A DNA stretch of 64,000 nt, from positions 107,756,001 to 107,820,000 of the forward strand of contig NC_043005.1 in the NCBI RefSeq assembly GCF_006345805.1. Direction: 5' to 3'. A program made the position numbers and the translations under genes. The notes beneath the pieces are model-generated. The model made no database searches, had not been told where the DNA came from, and worked only from the letters and a program-made list of their open reading frames with translations. Below, one piece after another: positions 1 through 15,880 of this stretch. Origin of the DNA: Octopus sinensis. Lineage: Eukaryota. How positions within the stretch are numbered: the first letter of the stretch is position 1; each line of letters opens with the position of its first letter.

Positions 1-129
1 TCAAGGCTGATGATCAGATACTTATTCAATTGAACATGTCTGCATCCACCCATCCTGGGTGGAGAGATCCTTGGCTATTTAGTTTGCTTCCTGATCTTGA
101 TCCTCTTGCAACTCACAAGCAGATTAATA

Positions 130-748
130 CACTTAAAAATAAACCTCTTGGTAGTATAAAGTGTTGTGCATTGTTGTAGTTGCTCTTTACCCTTCCATTA
201 CCCTGGTGAACCTTCGCGCTGCATGCGCTTTTGCATATTCCGGCACAACTGTTGCGTCTTCTATTGGTTTCTCTCTCTTGTCTTGTTATATCCAGTCTTG
301 AGTCCTAAATCCTTTATTCTCCCAATTTGGCTTGTCTACCCATGATTATTCAGTCTCTTTAGATCTCGCAAACTCCTAACACATAACATTGGGGTTCTAG
401 TTGTACAACAATTGTGTGAAAATTTCCAAGCTGTCATTCGTTTTTTTTTCATGGATTTCTCGTGGGTCTTTCCCCACTGACAAAAATCTTTTTCTGTCGT
501 AGACACGATATTACAAGTAAAAAAAAAAAGGCAGGGATGCTTTGTTTACTGCAGAAACTTTAGGACCTTTCTTTTTAAAGATATTGCAAATTATTCTCCT
601 GGGGTGATTAAAACTATTGAAACGTTGAGTACCCTTCAATATCTTCAGCCGATATCTCATGGCACAAATGTATTATCTCTTTGTCTGTAATCTTCGCTTG
701 CGTCTGCAGGAAAGAAGCACATCGGTTCTGCTGAGAAGCAGCCGCCAT
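130..748 (-). mobile_element. Probable decayed LINE ORF1 (gag-like) relic
   Basis: A 44-codon ORF at 748..614 (MAAASQQ...ISAEDIEG) is followed by stop-ridden frames ending in ...VPEY...VMEG*RA. Motif order and local DNA resemble the relic at 59120-59900, which keeps a CCHC-like knuckle. Confidence 0.3.
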
Positions 749-1609
749 CCTTAACAAGGAATGATGCTGCGTGCCAATTCTTTGGTAAAGGTCTCATCAA
801 AAAAGTCTCAATATTCAGCGTTCTTCAGCTGGGGAGAAATATTAAAAACAGCCCCCGCACTCGGGCACTGCGTGTTTGTTCAGACTAATCGTTTTTGTGC
901 ACCTGGATAAAAGGAATCTGTCGGGTCGAAGCGATGTTACTGCACCTCTTGCAAAAATCTTAATCTATCTAAAAGTTTCATTGCATCTAATAATAAAAAA
1001 CTTAATGAAAAGTCCTCAACGAATTCTCAGCAGTTGATATGCCCAAGGAATCTTATCACCCCTTACGACTCTGATACTTCTCAGTGGTGATGCCTGACAC
1101 ATTAACCTTAATTTACAAATAACTCCTAAAACATGGCAATATCTAGCAAAAGAATAAAGTTACTTAGAGACAAAATATGTATATTTATACATATTTACGT
1201 ATTGTTTCTGTGAACGTATTGTTGATTATAATAAAACCTCAGAAATTTCGAGAAAAATGAGATAATCTATTTTTAGAACAATTTAATAAAAAGCAGATAC
1301 AGCTCTGTATAGAGTGTAAATAATGGGTTCAAAAATATCTTGGAAAAGAAATTTTGGAGTCTTCTGGTGGTGGGTAAACCCACACCACCGATAAACACGA
1401 CAGGAGGTTTATCATTGAACGACAGCAATCCTTCGAATTCTTTCAGTTTTAAAAATGTTCTTCCAACCAGCGGGAATGGAGTGTTGTTGACATAAAAAAG
1501 AAAGAGAGCGCAAATTAATTCATTTCTCAAATGATTTATCTTGAAGCAGATAAAGCTATAAATGATGTTGTGTGAATACTGGGTTTCTACCCAACAGATT
1601 TTTATTCAA

Positions 1610-1939
1610 TATTGATACACACACACATACACATATGTGTGTACATATATCCATATACATACACACGTGCGTGTGTATACATCTGTATATAAACATCTAT
1701 ATATGTAAGTGTGTATATGTATGTAAGATTCTGTATTCATATCTATGTATGCATGTATATATTTATACAAATTTGCATAAGAATATTAATGCCTGAGCAT
1801 AGAACACGTGAAAAGTGTGATATGACATTTGAAGGTAGAGACAATTGAGATATGTCCAGATCACCTACGTACCACTTCAAAATTTCCTCCCCACCCGTTT
1901 CAACATTTATCTATACATACCTACATATATATATACATG

Positions 1940-2001
<62 letters not shown>

Positions 2002-2155
2002 TATAATTATATGTATATATATATAATATATATATATGTATAACATATATATATATATGTAGATACATACACACACACACACTCACATTAACTTCGTTCT
2101 TTTACATCTTCTTCCTACTCCTACATTTTTCGTCTTCTTCTTCTTCTTATTATTA

Positions 2156-2197
<42 letters not shown>

Positions 2198-4727
2198 CAT
2201 TTCTTCATTTCCTTTTGATCACCTCACATTTTACACAAATTATTGCTCACAAGATCACAAACACATACATACAATACATGTGCTCACACCCAAAGTATAT
2301 ATATAGATATATAGTATGTATATATATATATATATATAGTATATATATAATATATATATATATTATATATATATATATAGATGTTATATATATATATATA
2401 CATATATATATGTGTGTGTGTGTGTATATGTATGTGCATATATATATATGTATGTATATGTAGTGTGTAATATATATATGTGTGTGTATGTGTGTATGTA
2501 CATACCGCAGTAATATTTTGGATCCTTCATCCTTCACCAACATTATTAATTTAGCAAGGATTCCTTCCTTATTTTTGTTCTTTTCAACTTCCTCCTATAA
2601 TTTTATCGTAAGCTCTTCTGTGGAATTGGTAATCTTCAGAACGACTCTCCGTGTCTCAACATGAAAAACAGAAATTGAATTTCTTCAGCAATGGCTTTCA
2701 AGTCAGTTTCTTGATCTTTTTATCATGTTATGAAACTTTCAATACCCAATATATATTTGCTACACATGCACACATGCACACACACACACACATACGCAAG
2801 CACGCACATATATACACGCATACGGTTATATGTATATATACATATGTATATAAACGATATGTATATGTGAATTTATATATATATATATATGAATTACATA
2901 TATATCTACACACGCATACACATATGCACACTAGCATTTTACATGTGTATTTATATATAGACATATTAATAGAGAGGGAAATGTATATATATAGATATAT
3001 ATAGATACATACAATATATATTATATATATATATATCTATATATATATATATATAATATATAAATATACATATAAATAATTGAATATAAAAATATATATT
3101 CAATTATATATGGACGAGGAGGTATCTTGTATTTCCCATGTTTTGTATTTATGCATATATATATAGACTTAACTATGTATGTGTTTGAAAAAGAAATACA
3201 TAAAACGGTATTCAGTTGTGTGTATATATATATATATATATCTATATATATATATATGTATGTATGTATGTAGTATATATATATATAATCTATATATATA
3301 AATATATGTATGTATATATATATATAATAGAAATATATATATATATATATATATGTTAATATATATATATATACATATATACATACATACGCACACACAT
3401 AGATATCCACTGATGTACATATGAATTGGCAGAACATACCTGTATGAAGGCAGGTTGCATTTATCCCTGTATATGTATAAACACTCTGCTGCAGAGTAGA
3501 CAATTTTTTATGTAGATATCTAAGTATATATGGGTATGTGATAGATTTTTAATATGATATGCTTATGTTTGTGTGTTTGTTTTTCAACATATGTGATGAT
3601 GTGCATGTGTGCACGTGTAAATATGTATATAAGTACTTATATATGCATTGCAATGCATAAATGTAACTCTATAATTGCATCTAGACTTATGTAAATCATT
3701 TGTATGACTTACTGAATACTGACACGACACGCAGTACATGTTGAATGCATCATATATAATATATATATATGTATATATATTATATAATATATATATATAT
3801 AGATATATATTATATATATATATATATCAGTATAAGTGTATATATGTACGTATGTATATATATATTATATATATATATATCATATATATATATATATATA
3901 AATGTATGTGTATATATGTATTTATATATACATATGTACATGTACGTAAATATTTATATACATATGTTTGTAAATATAAATATATATTATTTATTTATTC
4001 ATTTTATATATATATAATATATATAATCTTTAGACATGGTGGGGAATATTAACCTGTGAGTAGACACATACTTGTATATTTATGTATATACATATATATA
4101 TATATATATATATCTATATATATATATATATTATGCCACATATATATATATGCATACATAATATATATATATCTGTATCTAATTATGTGTACACGCACTG
4201 ACAATCACACACATACAAGCACATACATATACACACATACCTATACATATATGGCTAGATGGTGATGTGTACTTGTACGTGCCTGTGCCAGAGAGGATGT
4301 GAGGGGGAAATGTGTCCATGAAAGTTTGTGTACCTATATACATATGTCTACATATATCAACACGAAGTTAATATCTTGCATGCAGAGAATTTCTTCTAAT
4401 AAAGATATTCAACAACTAAATCCTATACCAAATGAATAAATGACAGACATATGGCAGTTAAATAGAGTAGATTTATGCGATTGTTATAACCCAACCTAAA
4501 TACACCGAAAATCTACCGGAAAACAAACTCTCAAACAAAAATATAAAGAAAAATGAAGTGTATGAAATAAAAACGTAAAAGGAAAGTTGTAAAGAGATGA
4601 AGCAAAACAATATAGACGGATAGAAATAAAAAAATGTGAAGTAAAATGAAATAAATGAAAGAAATAATGAATGTAAATAAGTGAAGAAAGTAAAAAGGGG
4701 AAATATATAATGAATATACATACATAC

Positions 4728-4774
<47 letters not shown>

Positions 4775-5454
4775 TATGTATATATATGTTTGTATGTATA
4801 TATAATATGCATATATATACAAACATATATATAAAATATATATATCATATATACATGTATATATGCATGAATGTATACAATTATATGCATATATTTATTC
4901 ATATATATTTATGTATATATATATATTTATTCATATATGTAGATATGTATATTTACACACACATATTATATATATATACACACATATATATATATAATGT
5001 GCGTGTGTATGTGTGTGTGTGTGTACACATATGCAAGCACAACATATTATGAAAAAAAGGAAAGTTAAGATGATGAGAGAACGAGAGAGAGGGAGAGAGA
5101 GATAGAGAAGCAAATGGAATAGAAAAGAAAGGAAAAGAAAAGCACGAAGAAAATGGCAAAGTAGATTGATGTTCAAATTTACTTAGAGGCTATATGTTCC
5201 GACAGAAACTGCATGTCGATTCAGTGGCAGTGTTTAACGTAAGTATATTAAGCATGGCTACACTGGTTGCTATCATACTTACCAATTGCTGAAATATTAA
5301 TAGTGAAATCACCTTTTGGCTATACAATATGATGTTTATTATATAGAGCGATTATTTGTGTGTGAGAATTTGCACACACATGAATGCATGCACGTATTCA
5401 CCTAATCACTCAGTCTGTAAAATCGGTTTTGTGTATGTATTTGTGTATTATATA

Positions 5455-5519
<65 letters not shown>

Positions 5520-5638
5520 GTCAAAAGAAAGCAAGGCGGGTAAGATGCACACATAATACACACGCATATATATGATGTTTGTGTATGTATATTGATATAT
5601 GTGTGTAGGCAGTGTATATCTTCCTCACTTTGCTCTCT

Positions 5639-5680
<42 letters not shown>

Positions 5681-5938
5681 CGTATATATATATATACACC
5701 CACACCCACACATATATATGTATACATATACATACATATATATATATATGTACGTATATGTACATTATGAGTGTTTAAATATACATTATATATGTATATA
5801 TATATATAGATATTCATACACCACACTAATGTTTCTTATGTAAAGATATATGTATGTGTGGTTATGTGTATATATATATATATACTATACATATGTAAAG
5901 ATATTTGTGTTGTAGTTTCATATATATATATATATGAC

Positions 5939-5972
<34 letters not shown>

Positions 5973-6050
5973 ATATATATTCTATATATAATACATATAT
6001 ATATATATATATATATTAATTACATATATATATGTGTGTGTGTGTCTGCA
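1610..6050. repeat. Dense block of (AT)n, (TG/CA)n, (ATT)n and (AG)n microsatellites
   Basis: Directly visible; source of the YI/IY/HT/CV low-complexity ORFs. Confidence 0.95.
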
Positions 6051-7049
6051 TGATAATCAATTACTGCATGAGTAGTTATGACACGTTATATACAGAGATC
6101 TACTTAATACTCGATACTTCTAGTAAATGATTCTAGTTTTTTATTCCTTTTGCATTATTTCTTGTAAATGGGTAGCAGAGATGTCCAAGAATCTAATGCA
6201 AAGGATTTGATGCCATTAGATAATCTCACCCACCATACTGCCGTTCTGATTTGAAATTCTGTTACAGATGACCTTCACTTTTCATCACTCTGCCAACACC
6301 GCAGCATCTACGTAGTTTCTCCTTATTCTAGAAATGGAAGACAGATTTCCTCTTTACCTCAAGCCATTTCTTCTATCTTAAAAACAGTGGAAAGGAAGAC
6401 AAAACAAATTTTATACTATGGTCATACGGGAAATAGTAGTTCAAACAGAGACTATCTTGGACTAAACAGCATGAGCAAGAAGTCTGTATTGATAAAGTTT
6501 CAAATATCATTGTCTCCAGGTTTTACTCCCTCTCTTGTTCATTCACAATATTCCTTTACCTTTAATAAATATACTGAGTGCTAGTCATATACTAGTATGC
6601 ACATGGTTAACTAACACTCTTTCTGTTCTGCCCTTTTTTTAATTGTCATTCTGTAGATACCATGCTTTTCTTCTCAGTTATGAAACGTTCTACCTTTTGG
6701 TGTTCTAAGTTCATTCAAACGCTTCAGTAAACATCGTGAACTGCTCACTCTGTAGCTAATAAAACATGTATGTCGCAGTAATATATTAAGGTTGATACAT
6801 ATTATCTATTTCGCTTTTGACGAAAATATTTGTTCTTATTCCTAATTTGTGTATGTTTCTTTATTCAAGAGGGAAAATAGTGGCGACGTTTCTCTTACAG
6901 GAACTTCAGGATTGACAAGAGGTACAGAAGAATACATATTCAGACATGAAACATGGCCCAAATGCTTGCAATTCAGTGGATTCAAGTTGCAATGTGATGA
7001 CATTAAACAGAGTATAGGGAATGTCAGGATTTGAACTCAAAATGCAATG

Positions 7050-7235
7050 AGCAAAAGGCCAGCAATCCTGAGAGGTGGTCAGTCCGCTACATCGACCGTG
7101 GTGCGCTATTGGTAATTATATAATTGATTCTGAAAGGATAAAAGGCAAAGTCAAGCTTCGTGATATTTGAATGTAAAGACAGAGGAAATACTGCTAAACA
7201 TTTTGCCAGGTAGGCTAACGATTTTGCCAGCTTGC
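7050..7235 (-). mobile_element. SINE family B, diverged copy
   Basis: Contains gaaaggataaaaggcaaagtcaa and ttttgccagcttgc, matching the reverse complement of 8786-8981. Confidence 0.6.
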
Positions 7236-7843
7236 TACATTAGTCAAAACAAATACTGCAAGCATTTGGTCTTACAGTTAAGTTAATCCATTGCTCTGGA
7301 TTGATTGTGTATTACCAACTTCAAAACATATAAAGCAAAAATATAATGTAAAAATTTACCATAGCAGGATTTGGAGCCCACGTACAGGAAATCAGGACAA
7401 AACACGTTGATATATTTTATGACACTAATACATTTGTCCATTCAGCACCAAATGGAATGAGTGAACTTTAATTATAATGAGATTTTAATTTCAAGTCTGG
7501 AGAGGCTACATACTGGCAAATTCAGAATCTTGGATATTATGCCTTGTACAGTTGGTTCCTGCTGTCAATGTTCTGATGTTAAATCTCATACTGGTTGATT
7601 TTGCAGCCTTTTCTTGGTGTTGTAAAATGAAGAGCTACCCTAGGAGGGTGGGTTGATAAAATTGCTACAGCATCAGACGAGATGCCAATCAGAAGCTGTA
7701 ATTCTTTGCAAAACAAGTTCATGTGTCATCTAGATGACAATGACCCAGGCTAATCACATGACATGGGGTCATCTCAGTGACCCTTGAGTTGGCCACTTTG
7801 AACTGGTAGGTTTCTATATAGCAAAGATAAGTTGCTTGTAATA

Positions 7844-8201
7844 GACTGTGGCCATGCTGGAGCACCGCCCTAAGTTGAGCAAATCGACCCCAGGACTTAT
7901 TCTTTGTAAGACTAGTACTTATTCTATCGGGCTCTTTTGCCGCACCGCTAAGTTACAGGGAGGTAAACACACCAGTATTGGTTGCCAAGTGATGTTGGGG
8001 TGACAAACACAGACACACAAACATATATATCCACACATATATACGATGGGCTTCTTTCAGTTTCTGTCTACAAAATCCCCTCACAAGGCTTTGGTCGGCC
8101 CGAGGCTATAGTAGAAGACACTTGTCCAAGGTGCCACGCAGTGAGACTGAACCCGGAACCATGTGGTTCATAAGCAAGCTACTTACCACACAGCCACTCC
8201 T
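7844..8201 (-). mobile_element. SINE family A (tRNA-like head, CORE-like ccttggrcaagtgtctt segment, internal microsatellite)
   Basis: Aligns by eye to 27095-27500, 32445-32858, 37653-38063 and 40183-40597. Head carries A/B-box-like motifs (gtggctgtgtggtaag ... ggttcagt). Confidence 0.9.
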
Positions 8202-8785
8202 GGTTAAGAAATTCATGGGAGACAAAATGGAGTTCAGTGTGGAGACATTTTCTTTCTTAACAATTTATAGAAATTGCTGATTTAGATTTCATCATAAACT
8301 TAACAAAAAAATTCTTGGTGAAGATGGATATTTTAAAATTTTCTTTCATGAATATGTGCAGCTCAAAAATATCACACATTTATTGATGACTTACTCTAGC
8401 TAATTCTCTTGTATATATCTTTAATAAATATAAATATCCACAATTTGCATCAATTTTATTCTGGTTATTTGTCATAAATAGTTCATATATATAACAGCGT
8501 TTCTTTGTCGCTAATAGTCATTACTCTAAACATTTTTGTATGTTGTATGGAGTCCAGTTGCTGAAAACTATATTTCGCATGCACAAAATTACGGGAATGT
8601 GTATGTGTGTGTGAGAGAGAGAGAGAGAGAGAGTGCGTGTGTGAGTGCATGTGTGCAAGTATATATACATACATATATATATATACACACACACATACAC
8701 ATATGCATATATATATATATATAATATATATATATATTATTTGCATATCTATATGTGTGTGTGTGTGTGTGTGTGTGTTATATTA

Positions 8786-8981
8786 GGCGGCTAGCTGGCA
8801 GAAACGTTAGCACGCCGAGCAAAATGCATAGCCGTATTTCGTCTGCCATTACGTTCTGAGTTCAAATTCCACCAGGGTCGACTTTGCTTTTCATCCTTGG
8901 GCTCGATATAATCGACTTAATCCGTTTATCTGTCCTTGTTTGACCCCTCTGTGTTTAGCCCCTTGTGGGTAGTAAAGAAAT
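8786..8981 (+). mobile_element. SINE family B (tRNA-like head ggcggcyagctggcagaa..., B box gagttcaaattcc), internally deleted
   Basis: Homologous to 38625-38835 and to the reverse complement of 59597-59815. Confidence 0.85.
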
Positions 8982-9404
8982 ATATATATATATATATATA
9001 TCATATCATATAGACGTATGTTCTAGACAAATGTTATGGATAAAAACAAATTCTGTTAAAGTACGAATGAACTAGGTAGAGCCAGCTGCCTTCTGGGAAG
9101 GAGAGATTCGTTGTTTAGACATGACCCCAGAAGGAGATTCCAAATTAAGAATCAACTTATTGCAATGGCAGAGATCTTGCTCTTGCTTATATCTGAACTA
9201 CTTGGCTTTGTAGATGGGAATCTTAGTGCTGCTGTGTAAGCAATTGTTGGCTTCAAATATCAGCTTGGTTATTGCCGATAGATATTGTTTTAACACCTAG
9301 GATAAAATAACTTGTTCGTGATGGTCATACTCACCTATGAGTTAACATAGAACAAGCTTATATGTATATATCTCTACCTCTCTCTCTCTTTCTCTCTCTC
9401 TCTC

Positions 9405-9437
<33 letters not shown>

Positions 9438-9733
9438 ATTATTTATGTATATATATATATATATATATATTTATGTAATACCCTCATTCTCATATGCTGC
9501 CTCACTCTATTCATACACAAAAAATATGTATGTTTATGCGTCTTTGTTTCTTTCCCCATATATATATATATGTATGTATGTATGTATGTATGGATAAATA
9601 TTGATGTAGATATATATTGAAATATACATACTTCTATATTAATACACATGTGTATTTCACACAAATACTTACATACATACACATATGTTTATATATATAT
9701 GTGTGTATATATATACACTTAAGCATCATATGT

Positions 9734-9770
<37 letters not shown>

Positions 9771-10176
9771 CTTAAGTATCATATGTACACATATATATAT
9801 ATTGCCCACATGAAGATTGTGAAAGAAATAATTAAGTTATGATCGATATTTTCAAGCAATAAATCTTTAATAACTCCAAGTACACTATTTGATTTTCTAT
9901 TGATTGGTCATTTGTTATTGATCGGTCATTTATAGAACTGACCACAGTTCTTGCAATGAAAGACAGCAAATATTTATTTTACTCTATCCACCCACAACCA
10001 ACTCTGTTCCAGGCCTTCAACATAAAACTTATTTTACACTTCAACAGACCAGATTGTACCGCCCATGATGTATTCAGTTTAATTGCATACATTGAAACAT
10101 ATATGCATGAACCATGATACACTATATAACTACATACATACACATATATGTAAATATATATATAAAGAAACATGTG

Positions 10177-10234
<58 letters not shown>

Positions 10235-10482
10235 CATGTATACGTATATACATATATACATGAATACGTGAATATATATGTCTATATGTGCATGTGTGTG
10301 AGTGAGTGAAAGTGGTGGGTTAAGTACAAGAAGGACACTATCAAAATGAAGAACTGAAATCATTTTAGTGTTGAGAAGAATATATTTATTAAAGATTATC
10401 TTGCTAGAGTTTTGCAAGTTATTATCAATAAATGGAAATGTATAATATATATATATCCCACACCACACACACACACACACAC

Positions 10483-10538
<56 letters not shown>

Positions 10539-10868
10539 TTATATAATGCTTAAAAACATCTGTATGTATTTGTAGGCATGCATGAAAATATATGTAGTGA
10601 TTATGCAATGTTGTATATATATATATATACATACATATATATATGCATATGTATACATGCGTATGTATTTATATATGCATGTATGTATATATATATATAT
10701 ATTTGTATTCACATATATGTTTTTATACCTATCCATATGTTTATGTCTAAGAATCTATCCTTCTATCTCTCTCACTCTCACCCCCTTTATCTGTCTCTCT
10801 CCCCTTCTATATTTCTGTCTGTCTGTTACTCTCTCTCTCTCTCTCTCTCTTTCTGTCTGTCTGCCTGA

Positions 10869-10902
<34 letters not shown>

Positions 10903-12014
10903 TTATATATGGAGAGATAGAGATCTTTAGATATATACACACACGTATCCCATAAATATGTATACATGTATATAAACTCTGTTTGCAACGCTCTAATACT
11001 AAATACACAGCATTAATCAAATCAATGTTGGTATTTGCACAATGTGTCACCATATGACAGCAAATTTGAAGACAACCTTAACAAGAGAGAAGTAACTTGG
11101 CCAAACAAACAAACGCTCGTCCCATGACTGATTTTATCCACCCTGACATCAAAAAACAGAAGGATCACATTCTTTGTGAAATGTTTCTGCATGAGAAAGT
11201 CTTCATGAAGCTTCAAATTTACAACTCATGGAGCAAATTATGCTCCCAATGTCCATAAGACGTTCGTTTTAAATAACTTTCCATCTATAGTAGGAAGGTG
11301 CAATGCTTTATTCAAATCTTAACGTAATTGAACTTATTATGAATGATCCAAAGTAAACCATAGACACACACACAGTACAATAGGCACTCAAGCTCTGTCT
11401 AGACTGAACATCCCGACGTCTGGACTGAACATCTGGACAGCTAACTAGAAATTGATTTTAAAACATGATTCTCAAACAGAACAGAAGAGTAAGTCTACTT
11501 TTGCAAGACATTGATATAAATCTTAAGCATATGTTAATGCCATATGCATTAATTTTGCGCTTAACAGAAATGGCAACATGCACAGAGACATAATTCATAG
11601 AAAATTGTACGTTCTTATGAATTATAGAAGAACGTCTCAAATCACTTAAATGTTTAACTGAAAAACAGCAAAAGATCACACCTAAAAGTCAGAAAACCAA
11701 ATCAAAAACTCATGAAAATTTGAGAACAAAGAGAAATCCCAGGGAGTGTAGTGGTTATGAAAGAAAATCCTATAGTTTCTATATACATTAGTAGGTACAT
11801 CAGCAACCGTACATTAAAATTAGAGTCATTGTTTCAAAGAGATAACTTGTTAAGTGCACCCTGTCACCAACAAAGATACCCAATGATAAGTCGTTTCTGC
11901 ACGTGTTTCACTGGGACATACAACAATAATTCTGATGAGTTGTTTGACAATACAGCTCCTCTAAGAGAAGAAACAACAGTGTAAAAAGAAAGATGTAATA
12001 TTGATTTGAAACTT

Positions 12015-12215
12015 TGGCACAAGGCCAGCAAGTTCGGAGTTGGGGTAAATTGATTATATCGAATTCAGTGTTCAACTGGTACTTATTTCATCGACACCAA
12101 AAGGATGAAAGGCAAAGTCGACCTTGGCAGCATTTGAACTTAGGATATGAAGACAGACAAAATCCACTAAGCCTTTTGCTCTGTGGGCTAATGATGTTGC
12201 TGGATCACTGCCTTA
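12015..12215 (-). mobile_element. SINE family B, diverged copy
   Basis: ctggtacttatttcatcgac...aaggatgaaaggcaaagtcgacc is shared with 59597-59815. Confidence 0.75.
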
Positions 12216-12534
12216 GGAAGCTGTAATATCGGCTGCAGAAGAAATTAGATCAACTCAGAAATTGGCCTCAATGAATTCCTTGAAATTCTCCTTAAAGGAT
12301 GTAAGCGAGTTTTTTCTATGCCCATCCAAATACTTTTTCATAGCTTTCTGGCAAGTGGAAAACTATCAAAATTATGGAAGAAAATATAATGTATTATTTT
12401 CATAGAAAAAAAGCAGAATTGTCTCTTTAGTTTGCACAACAGTAAGGTCATGAAACTACCGTCATTACCAGGGAGAAATTTAATATGTTTTTAAAATAAA
12501 TTATTCTCATATATTCCATCTTCTTCTTTCATTT

Positions 12535-12634
12535 GTTATTTATATATATATATATTATATATATATATATATATATATTAGATATATATATAGATATAAT
12601 ATATATATAATATATAATATATATATATATAATA

Positions 12635-12674
<40 letters not shown>

Positions 12675-12771
12675 TATAACATATATATATAACATATAAT
12701 ATATATATATATATATATATACATATATATCAATATATATATAACATATCTATATAAATACACACACAAAG

Positions 12772-12811
<40 letters not shown>

Positions 12812-12875
12812 ATATATATATATATATATAAAAATATAAATATACATATATATATATATATATATACACATACAA
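12535..12875. repeat. Long degenerate (AT)n tract
   Basis: Directly visible. Confidence 0.95.
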
Positions 12876-13489
12876 TGTGATGCTTGGGGTTTTCAGTATC
12901 CAACTTTAGTATTGAGAATTATAGAGATCACTGAAGTTGACAGATTTTAGTATTCTCAAGATTACTACCTTCCCTGTCAGAGGTCGTGCTAGATACTACC
13001 ACATCTTAGGTTTCATATGATCAAAAAAATTTTATTTTCTGCCAAAGAACATGAGGAATTTACTCAGTGTAAATGTAAATATATTCAAAAAAAGACATGG
13101 ATAATCTATTGTCTTAAATCCCAGATGAAACAAGCTTCTGTCAACAAATGCAACTGTGAGAAATGACATCAAACAGTCTTGTCTATCAAAATTCTAACTA
13201 AAGAATGAGAGCTGGAATAGTTGTAGAAATAGTGTAAGATATACTGGTACTATGGATGCATGACTTAGGTTGTAACTAATGAAAAAAGTATAAGGCTATA
13301 CAAACACACATATGTCTATACATGCACTCATGCATGTACATAGGGAGGGAGAAGAAAAGAGGGAGTCGGGAATGAAGATATATGTACATACATCAACTAA
13401 TTTCAAAATAGACATGAAAATATGGTATGCTATGTACTTTAATTTGCAATCATATATAATGATATAATTCGTCCATTTCAATTTATATT

Positions 13490-14112
13490 ATAATTGTGCA
13501 TATATTTTTAAGCATATGTGCATGTATATATATTTGTGCATATATATATATACACGTGTATGTTTGTGTGCGTGTGAAAATGTATATATATATATATATA
13601 CATATATTAAACCATATATTCATAGTTCCTGTGGTGGTATATAGACACACGCAAACATATATGTACAGAGACTGGGAGAGGGAACTAGAAGGAAAAGAGA
13701 CAAAATTAGAAAGTTATGGTATATATATATGTTTATACATATCACTATATGAATATATATATATATATATATCCATATATAGATATAGATAAATGTACGT
13801 ACATACATATATATCCATGTGTGTCTGAGTGTGTGTGTGCGTGTGTGTATGAATATATGTATTATATTGAATGTATATTATGAGAAAGAGAGAGAGAGAG
13901 AAAGAGAAACTCATATGTATGTGTGTAAGTTTATTATATTCATAATCTGGTATACATATATATATATATATATTTATTTATTTATTCAGAATATATAAAG
14001 GTACAGACGGCTCAATCGATTATTAGATTATACACTTATAAATTTATACCCCAATGATTTATATATATATATACACACACATTATATATAGACATATATA
14101 TAATATATATAT

Positions 14113-14146
<34 letters not shown>

Positions 14147-14645
14147 AATGTATATATATGCATATATATACACACGCATACATATATATATGCATATACA
14201 TTAATGTATACATTCATATATATGAAAATATGTATATATATATATATATATAATTCCTTCAACACATATCCACTCATACACATCCAGATGTGCTTAAATA
14301 CCCAGATAGATTGCTTTTTATTACTAAATATTTTTAAGTGCTACATATAACATCTAATTAGCGTGAGTTCTAATGAAGAAAAACAAAAATTCCAAATCTC
14401 AATTACTCGCGGCTTAATTCGGAAGATAACATATTTGTATTAACGAGCTTGGAAAGTTGGCATAGTAAATGGTGAGTATTCTTTATGTTGCTCATTTGGG
14501 TATATGTATGTATGTGTGTATGCTTTATGTGTATATATATGCATATATGTATATATATATATATATATATATAATATATGTATATATTATATATATATTA
14601 TATATATATAATATATATGTTATATATAATATATATATATGTGTG

Positions 14646-14683
<38 letters not shown>

Positions 14684-14900
14684 ACAGACATATATGCGGT
14701 GTGTAATATACATACACACACACATATATATACATCTATATACATACATCTATATATATATATATATAGATATATTAATATATATCGCTACATGTAAAAT
14801 ATATATAATGTATAGACACATATATATATACATATATATAATGTATATATGTGTATATAATATATATATATGTATATATATATATGAATATATATATATG

Positions 14901-14982
<82 letters not shown>

Positions 14983-15537
14983 AAAAGTATGGGCTTTGCC
15001 ATATATATGTATTTCTATATGAATTATGTATACATGGTTTGTGTATGTATATACACACACACGCACAGATGCACATATATTATGCACATTCACAGTGCAT
15101 ACACAAATAGAACTGATGGATATCAATAATAAATAACTCGAAGGAAAGCTAGAGATGGCTAACTGTAAAGGATTTTGTTGGAGAATATTATAAGTGCAAT
15201 GCACACAAACACACACATATATACTATACATAAGTATGCTACATGTATCTATACATACATATATATATATATATCAATTGAGATTCAGTTGAATTAGGTA
15301 CTTAAGTCAGTCAGGTATTAATCGACACAGCTCGACGTAATGTGAATAAATTCAAAATATGCAACTAGATATCAAATAATGATGCAGTACGACTGTTTCA
15401 AGCGACTCCATGCAATTGAACAATGCAATTTAAATGCAGTGCCAGATATATATGTATTTATACTACATCCATAGTACCAGTATATCTTACACTATATATA
15501 TATATATATATAAATATATGTATATATACACACACAC

Positions 15538-15571
<34 letters not shown>

Positions 15572-15613
15572 GTATATATGTGTATAAGTATATTATATAC
15601 GTATATAAGTATG

Positions 15614-15644
<31 letters not shown>

Positions 15645-15665
15645 ATGTGTGTATGTATGTATGTA
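13490..15665. repeat. (AT)n/(TG)n microsatellite-rich block
   Basis: Directly visible. Confidence 0.9.
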
Positions 15666-15880
15666 TAGTTGAAACTTATAGAAAAGCAAAAGACGAAGAC
15701 AGGCGTATGAACAACAAGCAGGTGTAATAGTTTGATGCTCGGGAAAATGAAAGAATGAAAAAGTCCTTCATGTTTTGAGCCTATGCTCTTAAACGCAAAG
15801 GAATAATAAGAAGAAAAAAGCAGAGAGAGAATGGAAGAAACCTGTAGATTTAGTGGTCAAGCATTGTGACTGATTAGAAA
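15665..15880 (-). mobile_element. Penelope-type pseudo-LTR relic (family D) with degenerate hammerhead
   Basis: Homologous to 26325-26470 (aaagacgaagac...aacaacaagcaggtg...tagtttga...gagcctatgctctt). Confidence 0.6.

Noticed and set aside
11100-11330. DFIHPDIK and NYAPNVHK, reminiscent of the Penelope RT thumb region
   Set aside because: Too degraded; two short motif echoes are not enough to call a feature.
11398-11440. Short tandem repeat tct(a/g)gactgaacatc
   Set aside because: Two copies only; a local slippage duplication, not CRISPR-like.
14400-14480. Strong splice-donor-like aatg|gtgagt at ~14471
   Set aside because: No convincing acceptor or recognisable coding frame upstream.
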